Part shown: positions 25,916-35,629 of the stretch, piece by piece
Layout of the letters: each line of letters starts with the position of its first letter
How positions within the stretch are numbered: position 1 is the first letter of the stretch
Source of the DNA: Ktedonobacteria bacterium
GTDB lineage: Bacteria; Chloroflexota; Ktedonobacteria; Ktedonobacterales; JACDGC01
Reading direction: 5' to 3'
Assembly (NCBI GenBank): GCA_027459785.1
Contig: DAIDGU010000087.1
Coordinates: 12,707-76,706 of the forward strand
Length of the DNA stretch: 64,000 nucleotides
Position numbers and translations under genes: made by a program
Notes under the pieces: generated by a model
The model's database searches: none
What the model was told of the DNA's origin: nothing
What the model saw: the letters and a program-made list of their open reading frames with translations, nothing else

Positions 25916-27163
25916 ATGCAGACGGCCATCACCGGCGCGACCTTGATCGACGGGACGGGGCGCGATCCCATCAGCAATGCCACGGTGATCATTGAGGACG
26001 GGCGCATCCAGAGCGTGGCGGCGCAGGGCGCGGTCCCCGCTGGCGCGCAGGTCATCGATGGCACGGGGCTGACGCTCATGCCGGGCATGATCGACACCCA
26101 CGTCCACATGCTCTCGAATAGCGAACCCATGCTGCACCGGCTGGTGACCCCCTTCTCCCTGCACCTCCTGCGCGGCATCCCCAATGCGGCGGCGACGCTG
26201 GACGGCGGCGTGACAACGGTGCGCGACGCGGGCGGCACGCCCGCCGGCTTCAAACTGGCCATCGAGCAGAAGATTTTCCCCGGCCCGCGCATGCAAGTGG
26301 CCGTCACGATCCTCTCGCAAACTGGTGGCCACGGCGACTCCATGATGCCCTGTGGCGCGTGCCTGGCGGTGCCTTCGCCGGATGTGCCGGCGAGCGTGGT
26401 GGACGGCGTGGAACCGATGCGCCAGCGCGTCCGCGAGATCCTACGCGCAGGGGCGGACTGGATCAAGGTCTGCGCGACGGGCGGCGTGCTGTCGGCCTCC
26501 GACTTGCCGACGGCGTCGCAATTCACCGAGGCGGAACTGGCGGCGGCTGTGGACGAGGGTCGCGCGCACGGTAATATCGAGGTGATGGCCCACGCGCAGG
26601 GGACCAACGGCATCAAGAACGCGCTGCGCTCTGGTGTAAAATCCATCGAGCACGGCATCTGGCTGGACGATGAGGCCATCGCGCTGATGATCAAGCACGA
26701 TGTCTATCTGGTGCCGACGCTGGTCGCGCCGATGCAGGTCATTCGCCGCGCCGAGGCCGCGCCCGGCACGATGCCCGAATATGGGGTGCGCAAAGCGCGC
26801 CAGGTCGTCGGCGATCACCAACAATCGTTCCGGCGCGCGGTGGCAGCCGGCGTGAAAGTGGCGATGGGAACCGATTCCGGCGTGGGGCCACACGGCCAGA
26901 ACGCTGAGGAGCTGGCGGTGATGGTGCAACACGGCATGACGCCCATGCAGGCCATCATCGCCACCACACGCAACGCCGCCACGCTGATGAAGCTCGACCA
27001 CGAGATCGGCACGCTGGAAGCCGGCAAACGCGCCGACCTCATCCTTGTCAACGGCGATCCCCTGGCGGATATCACCGTCTTGCAGCCGCACGCCAATATC
27101 GTTCTGGTGATGCAAGGCGGCGAGTTGGTGAAAAATCAGGTGCGTGAGCGCGTGACAGCGTAG
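25916..27163 (+). CDS. Amidohydrolase-family metallohydrolase
   Basis: 'LMPGMIDTHVHM' metal-binding HxH, 'AHAQG', 'IEHG', 'GTDSG' motifs; GGAGGA upstream. Confidence 0.88.
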   Translation: MQTAITGATLIDGTGRDPISNATVIIEDGRIQSVAAQGAVPAGAQVIDGTGLTLMPGMIDTHVHMLSNSEPMLHRLVTPFSLHLLRGIPNAAATLDGGVTTVRDAGGTPAGFKLAIEQKIFPGPRMQVAVTILSQTGGHGDSMMPCGACLAVPSPDVPASVVDGVEPMRQRVREILRAGADWIKVCATGGVLSASDLPTASQFTEAELAAAVDEGRAHGNIEVMAHAQGTNGIKNALRSGVKSIEHGIWLDDEAIALMIKHDVYLVPTLVAPMQVIRRAEAAPGTMPEYGVRKARQVVGDHQQSFRRAVAAGVKVAMGTDSGVGPHGQNAEELAVMVQHGMTPMQAIIATTRNAATLMKLDHEIGTLEAGKRADLILVNGDPLADITVLQPHANIVLVMQGGELVKNQVRERVTA

Positions 27164-27228
27164 CCCCACCCCCAGACCTCCCGTCGCTTCACGGGAACCC
27201 TGCTCCCCATCTGCGGATGGAGAGGGGT
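27164..27228. repeat. F1 hairpin element (partial) abutting the amidohydrolase stop codon
   Basis: CCCCACCCCC...CTCCCCATCTGCGGATGGAGAGGGGTG starting 1 nt after TAG 27161-27163. Confidence 0.7.
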
Positions 27229-27260
27229 GTTCAGGAAGAGAGCCGCGTGCCGGCTTGCAT

Positions 27261-27557
27261 CTAGCGAAACGCGAGCGACGTGAGCGCGGGCATGGTGGTC
27301 AGATGCAGCGCGCCACGCGGCGGGGCTGGTTGGGGCTGCTGGATGAGGAGGATGCCCAGTACTGCCGCGACGATCAATACGATGATGACTGCCATGATCA
27401 GGGCGCCACGCCAGAAGGGCTGCGCCTGTGGCTCCGCGTGGGACTGGGCCAGGCGCTGGCCGCCGACCAGGACGATCCCACGTTCCACGCGCACGATAGG
27501 ATTCGGCTGAGTGTCATGCCCCTGAGTCGTCAGGCTCTCGTTCAAGCCAGGCTGCAT
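27261..27557 (-). CDS. Hypothetical small membrane protein
   Basis: Within ORF 27261..27590; one strong TM 'ALIMAVIIVLIVAAVLGILLI'; ATG 27557 after AAAGGA; the overlapping + ORF looks less protein-like. Confidence 0.35.
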   Translation of the reverse strand: MQPGLNESLTTQGHDTQPNPIVRVERGIVLVGGQRLAQSHAEPQAQPFWRGALIMAVIIVLIVAAVLGILLIQQPQPAPPRGALHLTTMPALTSLAFR

Positions 27558-27703
27558 AGGCCCAAATGATCCTTTCGCAAATACATCCACTATAGCTAAC
27601 GAACGAAAGTGGCGATTTTGCCAGTCGATAGGCCAGTTGTCTCATGGGTGTGCTACACTACACGGAGTAAACTCGATTTCAGCCTTGGAGGTTAGCGGCG
27701 ATT

Positions 27704-28870
27704 ATGTCGAATCAGCGCCACACTGAGCGGCCAATGGCGTTCGCCACCCGCGCGATTCACGCCGGCCAGCCGGCGGACCCCACCACCGGCGCGACCATCT
27801 TCCCCATCTACCAGACCTCGACCTACACCCAGGCCGGTCTGGGCGAAAACAAGGGTTTTGAATATTCGCGGTCGGGCAACCCCACCCGTGCCGCGTTGGA
27901 AACGTGCCTGGCATCGTTGGAAGGCGCGCAGTTCGGCCTGGCTTTCGCCAGCGGCCTGGCGGCGGAAACATGCATCCTATCGGTGTTGCGCCCCGGCGAT
28001 CACATCGTGGCCGGCGATGACCTGTATGGCGGCACCTATCGCCTGTTCGAGCGCGTGGTGCGCCCGATGGGCGTCGAGATCACCTACGTTCCCGCGCGCG
28101 ACACGGCAGCCTATCAGCAGGCGCTGACCAGCCAGACGAAATATATCTGGGCCGAAACGCCGACCAATCCGCTGCTGACGCTGGTGGATATCGCCGCCGT
28201 CGCGGAAGCCGCGCACGCGGGCGGCGCGCAGCTCGTCGTCGATAACACCTTCGCCACGCCCTATTTTCAGCGCCCGCTGGAACTGGGCGCGGATGTCGTG
28301 ATCCATAGCACGACGAAGTACATCAACGGCCACAGCGATGTGGTGGGCGGCGCGCTGATGACCTCCAACGCCGAACTTTTCGAGGCCTACACGTTTTATC
28401 AGAACGCCGCCGGCGGTGTGCCGGGCGCGTTCGATGCCTGGCTGGTGTTGCGCGGCGTGAAGACGCTGGCCGTGCGCATGCGCCAGCATGCCGAAAATGC
28501 AATGGCCGTCGCGCAGTTCCTCAGCGAGCATCCCAAGGTGCGCGCGGTGTACTATCCCGGCCTGGCGAACCACCCCGACCACGCGCTGGCGACCAGGCAG
28601 ATGCATGGCTACGGTGGCATGGTCTCGTTCGATATGAAAGGCGGCCTGCCCGCCGTCAAGCGCGCCGTCAAACGGCTGCGCGTCTTCGCGCTGGCCGAAA
28701 GCCTGGGCGGCATCGAATCGCTCTGCTGCCATCCGGCGTCGATGACGCACGCCAGCATCCCCCAGGAGGTGCGCGAAGCGCGCGGCGTCACCGATTCGCT
28801 GCTGCGCCTGTCGGTCGGCATCGAAGATGCCCGCGACCTCATCGCCGACCTCAAGGATGCGCTGGATTAA
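27704..28870 (+). CDS. Cys/Met-metabolism PLP enzyme (cystathionine gamma-synthase/gamma-lyase family)
   Basis: 'FATRAIHAGQ', 'IFPIYQTSTY', PLP-Lys 'HSTTKYINGHSD', 'RLSVGIED'; GGAGG upstream. Confidence 0.9.
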   Translation: MSNQRHTERPMAFATRAIHAGQPADPTTGATIFPIYQTSTYTQAGLGENKGFEYSRSGNPTRAALETCLASLEGAQFGLAFASGLAAETCILSVLRPGDHIVAGDDLYGGTYRLFERVVRPMGVEITYVPARDTAAYQQALTSQTKYIWAETPTNPLLTLVDIAAVAEAAHAGGAQLVVDNTFATPYFQRPLELGADVVIHSTTKYINGHSDVVGGALMTSNAELFEAYTFYQNAAGGVPGAFDAWLVLRGVKTLAVRMRQHAENAMAVAQFLSEHPKVRAVYYPGLANHPDHALATRQMHGYGGMVSFDMKGGLPAVKRAVKRLRVFALAESLGGIESLCCHPASMTHASIPQEVREARGVTDSLLRLSVGIEDARDLIADLKDALD

Positions 28871-28925
28871 GCGGCTGCCCCACCCCTGATCGCGCCCCCT
28901 CAGCAACGGAGCGGAGCGGGTCATA

Positions 28926-29125
28926 CCCCTTTCAGGGAAAGATTGTGGTCAATGGGACCGGACAGACAGGAATGTCTGACCTCCGTGGTTATGGGGAATG
29001 GCTGTCCTCCGGTATCCATACCATCCACAAAGGCGTTGTGGACTGAGCGCGAGGAACTCGCCGATCCGCCCAACTGTCTGCGCTCCCCTCTCCATCTCCG
29101 ATGGGGAGGGGCCGGGGGTGGGGCC
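28926..29125. repeat. F2 element (reverse orientation, 28926-29040) followed by F1 G-rich hairpin (29084-29125)
   Basis: GGGACCGGACAGACAGGAATGTCTGACCTCCG core; CCCCTCTCCATCTCCGATGGGGAGGGGCCGGGGGTGGGG. Confidence 0.75.
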
Positions 29126-29126
29126 G

Positions 29127-30326
29127 TCACTCGGCGGCTTCATCCTGTGGCACCGGTGCTGGCACGCGCGCGGGTGCGGGCAGCAGCGCGGCGGCCGCCG
29201 CCAGCACGCGCGCGACGGTGATCGTCGCCATGCGGTCGTCGGGCGGGTGGCGTGGCGCGAACATGCCGGATTCGGTGCCGATGAAGAAACCGGCGGGCGG
29301 ATAAAGCGGCTGCGGCAGCAGGACACGCAGCCGACGCGGGTCGGCGGCGCGCGGCCCGAATTGCACCAGATCGCTGACGCCGTAGAGCGCGACGGTAGGG
29401 ATGCCCAGCGCGACGGCGAAATGCGTCAGCCCGCTATCGTTGCCGACATACAGATCCGCCTGGGTGATGGCGGCGATGCTCGCGCGCAACGTGAGTTGCC
29501 CAGCCAAGGTGCGCGCGTGGCCCCCCGTCGCCGCGACGATGGCATCAGCCAGCGGCACATCTGCCGCCGCGCCCAGCACCACCACCTGCGCGTCCCGCTC
29601 CGCGATCAGCCGCGCGGCGAGTTCGCCACAGTGCGCGATGGGCCAGCGTTTGCGCCCGCCGAACCCCGACGCGCCCGGATGTATGATCACGATGGGTCGC
29701 CGGCCACCAACCTCGATCCCCGCACCCACCAGCGCCGCACGCGCTGCCGTTTGTTCCGCCACACCCACCTGCCAGTGGGGGATGCGGTCGGCGGCGTCAC
29801 GCGGGGCGAGGCCCAGATCGGCCACGACATCCCAATAATGATCGACGGCATGTTTCTCCCGAAAAGCGGGATCAAAGGCCGCTCCCCAAAGCCAGAAGGC
29901 GAACGGCAGGCGCTGCCACACCTGGCGCGGGATGCCGGTGAGGATGCCGATGCAATTGCTGCCCGTCGAGAAGCTCACCAGCAGATCGAAGCGTCGGGCA
30001 TGCAAGGCGCTCAGCGTCGTATCGAACCGGGCGATGAAGTCCAGCGCGGGATCGGCGTTGTAGGCGATGACCTCGTCGAGGGCAGGGTTCGCCGCCACCA
30101 GCGGCGCGACATGCGCGTAAGCGATCGCGGTGATGTGGGCGTGCGGGAAGCGACGCCGCACGGCGGCGACGGCGGGCTGGGCGAAGAGCGTGTCGCCGAT
30201 GGGCATCGTCAGCCCCAGCAGGATGCGCGCCGGGTCAGGCCGCGCGCCGGGGATGATGCCCGCCGTCGCCGCGATGCTGCGCCCCAAGGCGGTCAGCGCG
30301 TGCCAGCGCGCAGGGCGCTCGATCAT
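29127..30326 (-). CDS. Glycosyltransferase family 9 (heptosyltransferase-like)
   Basis: 'PIGDTLFAQPAVAAVRRRFPHAHITAIA', 'LYVGNDSGLTHFAVALGIPTVALYG' GT9 signature. Confidence 0.85.
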   Translation of the reverse strand: MIERPARWHALTALGRSIAATAGIIPGARPDPARILLGLTMPIGDTLFAQPAVAAVRRRFPHAHITAIAYAHVAPLVAANPALDEVIAYNADPALDFIARFDTTLSALHARRFDLLVSFSTGSNCIGILTGIPRQVWQRLPFAFWLWGAAFDPAFREKHAVDHYWDVVADLGLAPRDAADRIPHWQVGVAEQTAARAALVGAGIEVGGRRPIVIIHPGASGFGGRKRWPIAHCGELAARLIAERDAQVVVLGAAADVPLADAIVAATGGHARTLAGQLTLRASIAAITQADLYVGNDSGLTHFAVALGIPTVALYGVSDLVQFGPRAADPRRLRVLLPQPLYPPAGFFIGTESGMFAPRHPPDDRMATITVARVLAAAAALLPAPARVPAPVPQDEAAE

Positions 30327-30383
30327 GCTCTGCCTCGAACAACCAGATTTTTAGCCACCAGGATAGCTGAGAAGGCTACACTT

Positions 30384-31907
30384 TCAGCGGGACTGTGTGC
30401 GTTTGCTGGGCCGGGGGGGCGAGGGCAGCGAGGCGCGAGGCGTCGTACCGTTCGCGCCGGCACCCGCCTGCAACGGCTGGCTCTTCTTTCCCTTCACGGC
30501 CAGGTCAATGTTGTCTTGCACCATGCTGATCGTCGATTGCGTGCGACCTTCTTCGCGGGCATGGGCGCGTTCAGCCAGGTAGACGCTGCCCAGGCCCAGC
30601 ACCACCACGGCCACTGCCATCGCCACCATCGCCCGGCCCAGGCCCAGCACGTCGGCGGCGGGACCAACGATCAGCACGATGGGGATCGCGGCGGCGTTGA
30701 TCAGCATCATCTGTAGCGCCAGCACGCGCCCCTTGATCCAATCTTCTGATAATTGCTGCATTGCCGTCTGCGCCGGCAAGTTGATCAAGTCCAGCGTCAG
30801 ACCGATGACGAAGATCAGCGCGACCATAATCAAGACATACGGCAGATAACTCGCGTAGTGCGCGGGATTGAAGCGATGGGCCACCCAATGGGTGGCGACC
30901 AGCAGCACCACGCCGCCGCCCAGGCCCACGATGCCGAGGGTTTCGGCCCAGGTGAGGCCGACGCGGTGAATGATACGCGGCATCAACACCGAACCGATGA
31001 TCAGGCCCAGCCCCGCCGGCACGAAAACGATGGCAGCCAGCGCGGGCGGTCGTTGCATGAATTGCGCGCTGAACAGCGGCGCGATCATCGAGATGACCGT
31101 GATGAGCGTGCCGCCCAGCGTAAGCTGCGCCACGGCGATGAACAGGCGCGGCGAACGCCGCACGTAGTCCCACGCCTCCACCACGCCGTGCCAGACGGTG
31201 GCGACACGCCGTTGCGAACGCTGCAAAGCCGCCCGGCTGGTGCTGACAAGCCGTTCGTGGGGGATCGACCACGTGAGCAGCGTGCAGATCAGGTACATCA
31301 CGCCGATGAAGATGAAGAGCCAGTGGAAGCTGGTGAGCGTCATCCCCATCGGCCCAATCGGCAACGTTACGGTCGGCACGCCGAGGATGATCAGCGGTCC
31401 CAACACGATGAAACCGATCGCTTGCGAGAGCGAAAAGGTGATGTTGAAGAGCGAGAGCGCCGGCACCAATTGGTCTTCCTCTACCAAGAGCGGGATGGCC
31501 GCGCCTTCCGCCGGCCCAAAGAACTGGCCGATGATCGAGATGAGGAAGGTGAGAATGTAGATCGGGACGAAGGCTTTATTGTCCATCAGAAGCGAGACAA
31601 CGAAACCGAAGGATGCCACGGCACGCAGCGCGTTGCTGACCCACAACAGTGTGCGCTTATCCATACGGTCTACCAGCACGCCCGCCGGCACGCCGAAGAT
31701 CACCGCCGGCAAGCTAAAGGCGATGATGACGCCTCCGACCGCCGTGAAGGAATGGCTCTGTTGCGTGAGTAGCACCAATGAACCGTAATTGATCGAGTTC
31801 TGCACGGTCTGGGAGATCAACTGGGCGAGCCAGAGGCGCAAGAAGTAGCGGTTACGCAGCGTCGCGCGGAAGCCGCCGGATGGGGCGCGGGTGGTGGAAC
31901 GGGCCAT
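30384..31907 (-). CDS. MFS transporter
   Basis: About 12 hydrophobic segments; 'NRYFLRLWLAQLISQT', 'GVLVDRMDKR' MFS loop 2-3 motif. Confidence 0.88.
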   Translation of the reverse strand: MARSTTRAPSGGFRATLRNRYFLRLWLAQLISQTVQNSINYGSLVLLTQQSHSFTAVGGVIIAFSLPAVIFGVPAGVLVDRMDKRTLLWVSNALRAVASFGFVVSLLMDNKAFVPIYILTFLISIIGQFFGPAEGAAIPLLVEEDQLVPALSLFNITFSLSQAIGFIVLGPLIILGVPTVTLPIGPMGMTLTSFHWLFIFIGVMYLICTLLTWSIPHERLVSTSRAALQRSQRRVATVWHGVVEAWDYVRRSPRLFIAVAQLTLGGTLITVISMIAPLFSAQFMQRPPALAAIVFVPAGLGLIIGSVLMPRIIHRVGLTWAETLGIVGLGGGVVLLVATHWVAHRFNPAHYASYLPYVLIMVALIFVIGLTLDLINLPAQTAMQQLSEDWIKGRVLALQMMLINAAAIPIVLIVGPAADVLGLGRAMVAMAVAVVVLGLGSVYLAERAHAREEGRTQSTISMVQDNIDLAVKGKKSQPLQAGAGANGTTPRASLPSPPRPSKRTQSR

Positions 31908-31912
31908 AGGGG

Positions 31913-32143
31913 CTAGACCTCCCTCGCGTCGTCGGTTGGGAGCGCGGCGGGGCCATGCTCCAAGATTTTTTTGATGCGCCGTTCCGCTTCAGGGCGCGGC
32001 AACAACACTCGTCGCCCACAGCCGTCGCATTTCAGCCCCACATCGGCCCCCAACCGCACGATCTGCCAGTCCGTGCTGCCACAGGGATGTGGCTTGCGCA
32101 GACGGACATGATCGCCGACGGCCAGGACCATGATGGGCTTCAC
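31913..32143 (-). CDS. DUF951-family small protein
   Basis: 'VGDHVRLRKPHPCGSTDWQIVRLGADVGLKCDGCGRRVLLPR' matches the DUF951 pattern; tightly spaced in the nadD-MFS run. Confidence 0.75.
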   Translation of the reverse strand: MKPIMVLAVGDHVRLRKPHPCGSTDWQIVRLGADVGLKCDGCGRRVLLPRPEAERRIKKILEHGPAALPTDDAREV

Positions 32144-32154
32144 CGCGCGCCTCC

Positions 32155-32814
32155 TTATGCTACTGCTTGATAGAGTTGATGGACCTGAATATAGGCCGCG
32201 ACAGCATCCGGGACCAGATAGGTAATAGGCAAGTAAGATGCCACACGCTCACGAAGCAAGCTCGATGATATGCCGATCTGTGGCACATCCACACGCGCGA
32301 GCGCCGCCGCCAGCCCTGGCACCTGCGCCGTCACTTGCGCCAATGCCGCTGGGGCGAAGCTGAAGCCGGGCCGTTGCACGGCGGCGATCTGCGTGACCTG
32401 CGCCACGATGCCGGCTGGATTGTGCCAGCCTCCTATATCATACACCATGTCCCCGCCTAAGATCAGGATGAGTTGTGCCGCCGGGCCAAGTTCCGCCCGT
32501 AGCTGCGCCAGCGTGTCAACGGTATAGCTTGGGCCACCGCGTTCCAGTTCGATCAGCGAGAGGGCAAAGCGCGGATCGCCGGCGATGGCTTGCGCCACCA
32601 TCGCGCGCCGGTGGTGCGCTGGGGTGATCGGATGCCCTTGCTTGTGGGGCGGCACACCAGCGGGAATGAAGAGTACGCGATCCAGGTGCAATTGTACCGC
32701 CGCCTCTTGCGCGATGATCAGGTGGCCCAGGTGTGGCGGGTCGAACGTGCCACCGAAGATGCCCAGCCGCATGCCACTGGTCGTGGCATCCTGTGTAATA
32801 AAAGATTGAGTCAT
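32155..32814 (-). CDS. nadD: Nicotinate-nucleotide adenylyltransferase
   Basis: 'LGIFGGTFDPPHLGHL' (HxGH), 'ISSSLLRER'; alternative start at Met15 (32772). Confidence 0.9.
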   Translation of the reverse strand: MTQSFITQDATTSGMRLGIFGGTFDPPHLGHLIIAQEAAVQLHLDRVLFIPAGVPPHKQGHPITPAHHRRAMVAQAIAGDPRFALSLIELERGGPSYTVDTLAQLRAELGPAAQLILILGGDMVYDIGGWHNPAGIVAQVTQIAAVQRPGFSFAPAALAQVTAQVPGLAAALARVDVPQIGISSSLLRERVASYLPITYLVPDAVAAYIQVHQLYQAVA

Positions 32815-33014
32815 CTCAGCCCGCCTGGCACCTCATGGGGATCGCGTGCAGATAGTATAGCATATGGGATGACCACCCGATCAACCGCGTGCTACCAACA
32901 CTGCTTTTGCCGTGTGCTATACTAGATTGATCGCTGGCACACCGGGACAACGGCGTTCCCTCGTCGCCCACGCTGTGCCGACGGCACCGGAATACACATA
33001 GAGGCTGTTTCTTT

Positions 33015-34100
33015 ATGGCTTACCCTGTCACACTGATCCCTGGTGATGGGACCGGTCCTGAGATCACCGAAGCCACGCGCCGCGTGCTGGATGCGACGGG
33101 CGTGCGTTTCATCTGGCATGTACAAGAAGCCGGCTTGCTCGTTTTGGAACGCGAAGGCTCGATCCTGCCGCCGCGCGTACTGGACTCGATCCGCCAGACA
33201 GGCGTCGCCCTGAAAGGGCCGATCACCACGCCCATCGGGCGCGGCATGCGCAGCGCCAACGTCACCCTGCGCAAATCGCTCGATCTCTTCGCCAACATCC
33301 GCCCGGCGAAATCGTTCCCCGGCCTGCGCTCGCGCTATAGCAACATCGACCTGATCATCGTGCGCGAGAACACCGAAGACCTGTACGCCGGCATCGAATT
33401 TCAGCGCGGCTCGCCAGACATGGCCGAACTGGTAGATTGGCTGGACGCCCACACGCAGGTGCAACTGAGCCGCGACGCCGCCATTAGCATCAAGTACATC
33501 TCCTACGCCGCCTCGCGTCGCATCGTCAAGTTCGCCTTCGACTACGCGCTGGCCAACAAACGCCGCAAGGTGACGGCGGTCCACAAAGCCAACATCATGC
33601 GCTATTCCGACGGCTTGTTCCTCGCCGTGGCGCAGGAGGTGGCGCGCGAATACCCGCAGATCCAGTTCGAGGACCGCATCGTCGATAACATGTGCATGCA
33701 ACTGGTGCAGAAGCCGGAGCAGTATGACGTGCTGGTGCTGCCGAACCTCTACGGCGACATCCTTTCCGATCTTTCCGCCGGCCTGATCGGCGGGTTGGGC
33801 GTGGCCCCCGGCGCGAACATCGGCAACGAATACGCCGTCTTCGAGCCGGTGCATGGCAGCGCGCCCAAATATGCCGGCCAGAACAAGGTCAATCCGATGG
33901 CGATGATGTTTTCCGGCGCGCTGTTGCTGCGCCACCTGGGTGAGCGCCCGGCAGCCGAGCGGCTGGAAGCCGCGCTGGGGGCCGTTATCGCAGAGGGCAA
34001 ATACGTGACCTATGACCTCAAACCCACGCCGGATGATAAGTCCGCCGTCGGCACGTCGCAGGTCGCGGACGCCGTCATCGCCCGCCTGCGCCACGGGTAG
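33015..34100 (+). CDS. Isocitrate/isopropylmalate dehydrogenase-family enzyme (most like NAD-dependent isocitrate dehydrogenase)
   Basis: 'TLIPGDGTGPEI', 'SANVTLRK', 'VRENTEDLY', 'NLYGDILSDL', 'FEPVHGSAP'. Confidence 0.85.
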   Translation: MAYPVTLIPGDGTGPEITEATRRVLDATGVRFIWHVQEAGLLVLEREGSILPPRVLDSIRQTGVALKGPITTPIGRGMRSANVTLRKSLDLFANIRPAKSFPGLRSRYSNIDLIIVRENTEDLYAGIEFQRGSPDMAELVDWLDAHTQVQLSRDAAISIKYISYAASRRIVKFAFDYALANKRRKVTAVHKANIMRYSDGLFLAVAQEVAREYPQIQFEDRIVDNMCMQLVQKPEQYDVLVLPNLYGDILSDLSAGLIGGLGVAPGANIGNEYAVFEPVHGSAPKYAGQNKVNPMAMMFSGALLLRHLGERPAAERLEAALGAVIAEGKYVTYDLKPTPDDKSAVGTSQVADAVIARLRHG

Positions 34101-34310
34101 CCCCTCCCTCAAGGGCGAGTACAAGACTCGCCCCTACATCCCATCTGCGGATGGAGAGGGGTGAACAGGACACCGATCATTGCAGCGTGGGGCGGACATT
34201 CCCGTCCGCCATCCAGCGATCAGAGGCCGACCGCGTACATCTTGCCGATCACCACAACTGTCTGATCTCCCCTCTCCATCCGCAGATGGGGAGGGGCCGG
34301 GGGTGGGGCC
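34101..34310. repeat. Composite repeat: GGGCGAGTACAAGACTCGCCC hairpin plus an inverted pair of F1 modules flanking a GGCGGACATTCCCGTCCGCC hairpin
   Basis: CCCATCTGCGGATGGAGAGGGG (34141-34162) versus CCCCTCTCCATCCGCAGATGGGGAGGGGCCGGGGGTGGGG (34270-34308). Confidence 0.8.
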
Positions 34311-34314
34311 ACCA

Positions 34315-35061
34315 ATGACCTTACTGACGATCACCGATCTGACGCGCATGGCGCACGGCAATGTGTGCATCGCGGGCTATACGCCGGAGGGGCGCTGCTT
34401 GCGTCCGGTGTTCCACAAGGGCGGCATCGCGGAGGCGTGGCTGTTCGACGAACATGGGGCCATCGCCGTGCGCCCCTTTGCCACGCTTGCTGTCACCGTC
34501 GCCAAGCATGTCCCCGATCCGCCGCACACCGAGGACCACATCATCGATCCTGTCTACCATGTCGCGGGTCGCCTGAGCACGTCCCAGCAGCAAGCGCTGC
34601 TCACCGCCAGCGCCGATCCCACCGTCGCGGCGATCTTCGGCGCACCCATCCACGCCGACGCGGGCTGGTACATCCGGGCCGGCACAGGAACGCACTCGCT
34701 AGGGACGGTGCAGCCGCGCGCCATCGAGCAAGTGATCTATGCAGAACACCCGGATCGCTGGGAATATACGTTCGTCTTCACCGATCAGGCTGGTGCGCAG
34801 TACCGGCTGGGCGTGGTGGATCTCGCCCTGCGCGCCTCGTTCGATTACCTGCGCGCGGTGCAGGGCGTCGCGCCCGCTGAGGTGGCCCGGCGCGGCCATG
34901 CCGCCATCAGCGCGGGCCAGGTGTTCCTACGCATCGGCCTCTCGCGCGGCTGGGTCAAGCATCCCGACCGCTGCTACCTGCAAATCACCGGCGTCCACAC
35001 CTTCCCCGATTACCTGAAAGGCAAGTGCTTCGCCGATTTCAGTCGCGCCGCGCGTGGATGA
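34315..35061 (+). CDS. Conserved-looking hypothetical protein, function unknown
   Basis: Within ORF 34180..35061 (upstream part runs through the repeat); 'ITDLTRMAHGNVCIAGYTPEGRCLRPVF' N-terminal motif; globular composition. Confidence 0.55.
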   Translation: MTLLTITDLTRMAHGNVCIAGYTPEGRCLRPVFHKGGIAEAWLFDEHGAIAVRPFATLAVTVAKHVPDPPHTEDHIIDPVYHVAGRLSTSQQQALLTASADPTVAAIFGAPIHADAGWYIRAGTGTHSLGTVQPRAIEQVIYAEHPDRWEYTFVFTDQAGAQYRLGVVDLALRASFDYLRAVQGVAPAEVARRGHAAISAGQVFLRIGLSRGWVKHPDRCYLQITGVHTFPDYLKGKCFADFSRAARG

Positions 35062-35629
35062 CGACGTTGCCACCGATGGCGATGCGGTCGGCGATGTTGA
35101 AGACGCGGCTCAGGCGATGCACCTGCTCATCAAGCCGTTTGGTCTTGAATAGGTTGAAGGCCGCCGTGCCGCCCGGCGTCAGTAGCCGCGCGATCTGGCG
35201 CAGGAACGGCGTGGCTAGTGTGCCATGGACGATCTCGCCCGCGACATACATATCGATGCAGATGAGATCGAAGGTCTCGTCGCAGGTTGCCACCCACGTG
35301 AAAGCGTCGGCCTCGATCAGTTCGACGTTGCTGAGGTGCGCCAGGCCGAACTCCTCGCGCGCCAGCCGGGCGACGGCGGGATCGCGCTCGATGGCGACAA
35401 TGCGGATCGGGCCGCAGCGGTGAGTGAGCAGCGTAGCGATGGTGCCGCCGCCCGCGCCGAGGATCAGCGCCCGCCAGGGCAGCCGGCGGCGGGGGATGAA
35501 GGCGTCCCACACGTCGAAGGCGTGGTCTGCGGCGACAGCAATCGATTGCACGTAGCCGCCGACGACGAGCGCCTTGCGCCCGTCCCGGTCTTCCACGCGT
35601 GGCGGCGGGGGCGCGGTGATCTCAGGCAC
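35039..35629 (-). CDS. Class I SAM-dependent methyltransferase / spermidine-synthase-like protein
   Basis: 'ALILGAGGGTIA' (motif I), 'IVAIERDP', 'FDLICIDMY'; 8-nt overlap with upstream gene. Confidence 0.75.
   Translation of the reverse strand: MPEITAPPPPRVEDRDGRKALVVGGYVQSIAVAADHAFDVWDAFIPRRRLPWRALILGAGGGTIATLLTHRCGPIRIVAIERDPAVARLAREEFGLAHLSNVELIEADAFTWVATCDETFDLICIDMYVAGEIVHGTLATPFLRQIARLLTPGGTAAFNLFKTKRLDEQVHRLSRVFNIADRIAIGGNVVIHARRD

Noticed and set aside
27591-27703. Possible SAM or other riboswitch upstream of the Cys/Met PLP-enzyme gene
   Set aside because: The leader is only about 110 nt, and I could not find the SAM-I conserved core or a terminator/anti-terminator pair.
34180-34314. 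45-aa N-terminal extension of the hypothetical protein (ORF 34180..35061)
   Set aside because: It translates the F1/G4 repeat ('SPSADGEGPGVG'), a peptide that recurs wherever the repeat occurs in any frame.
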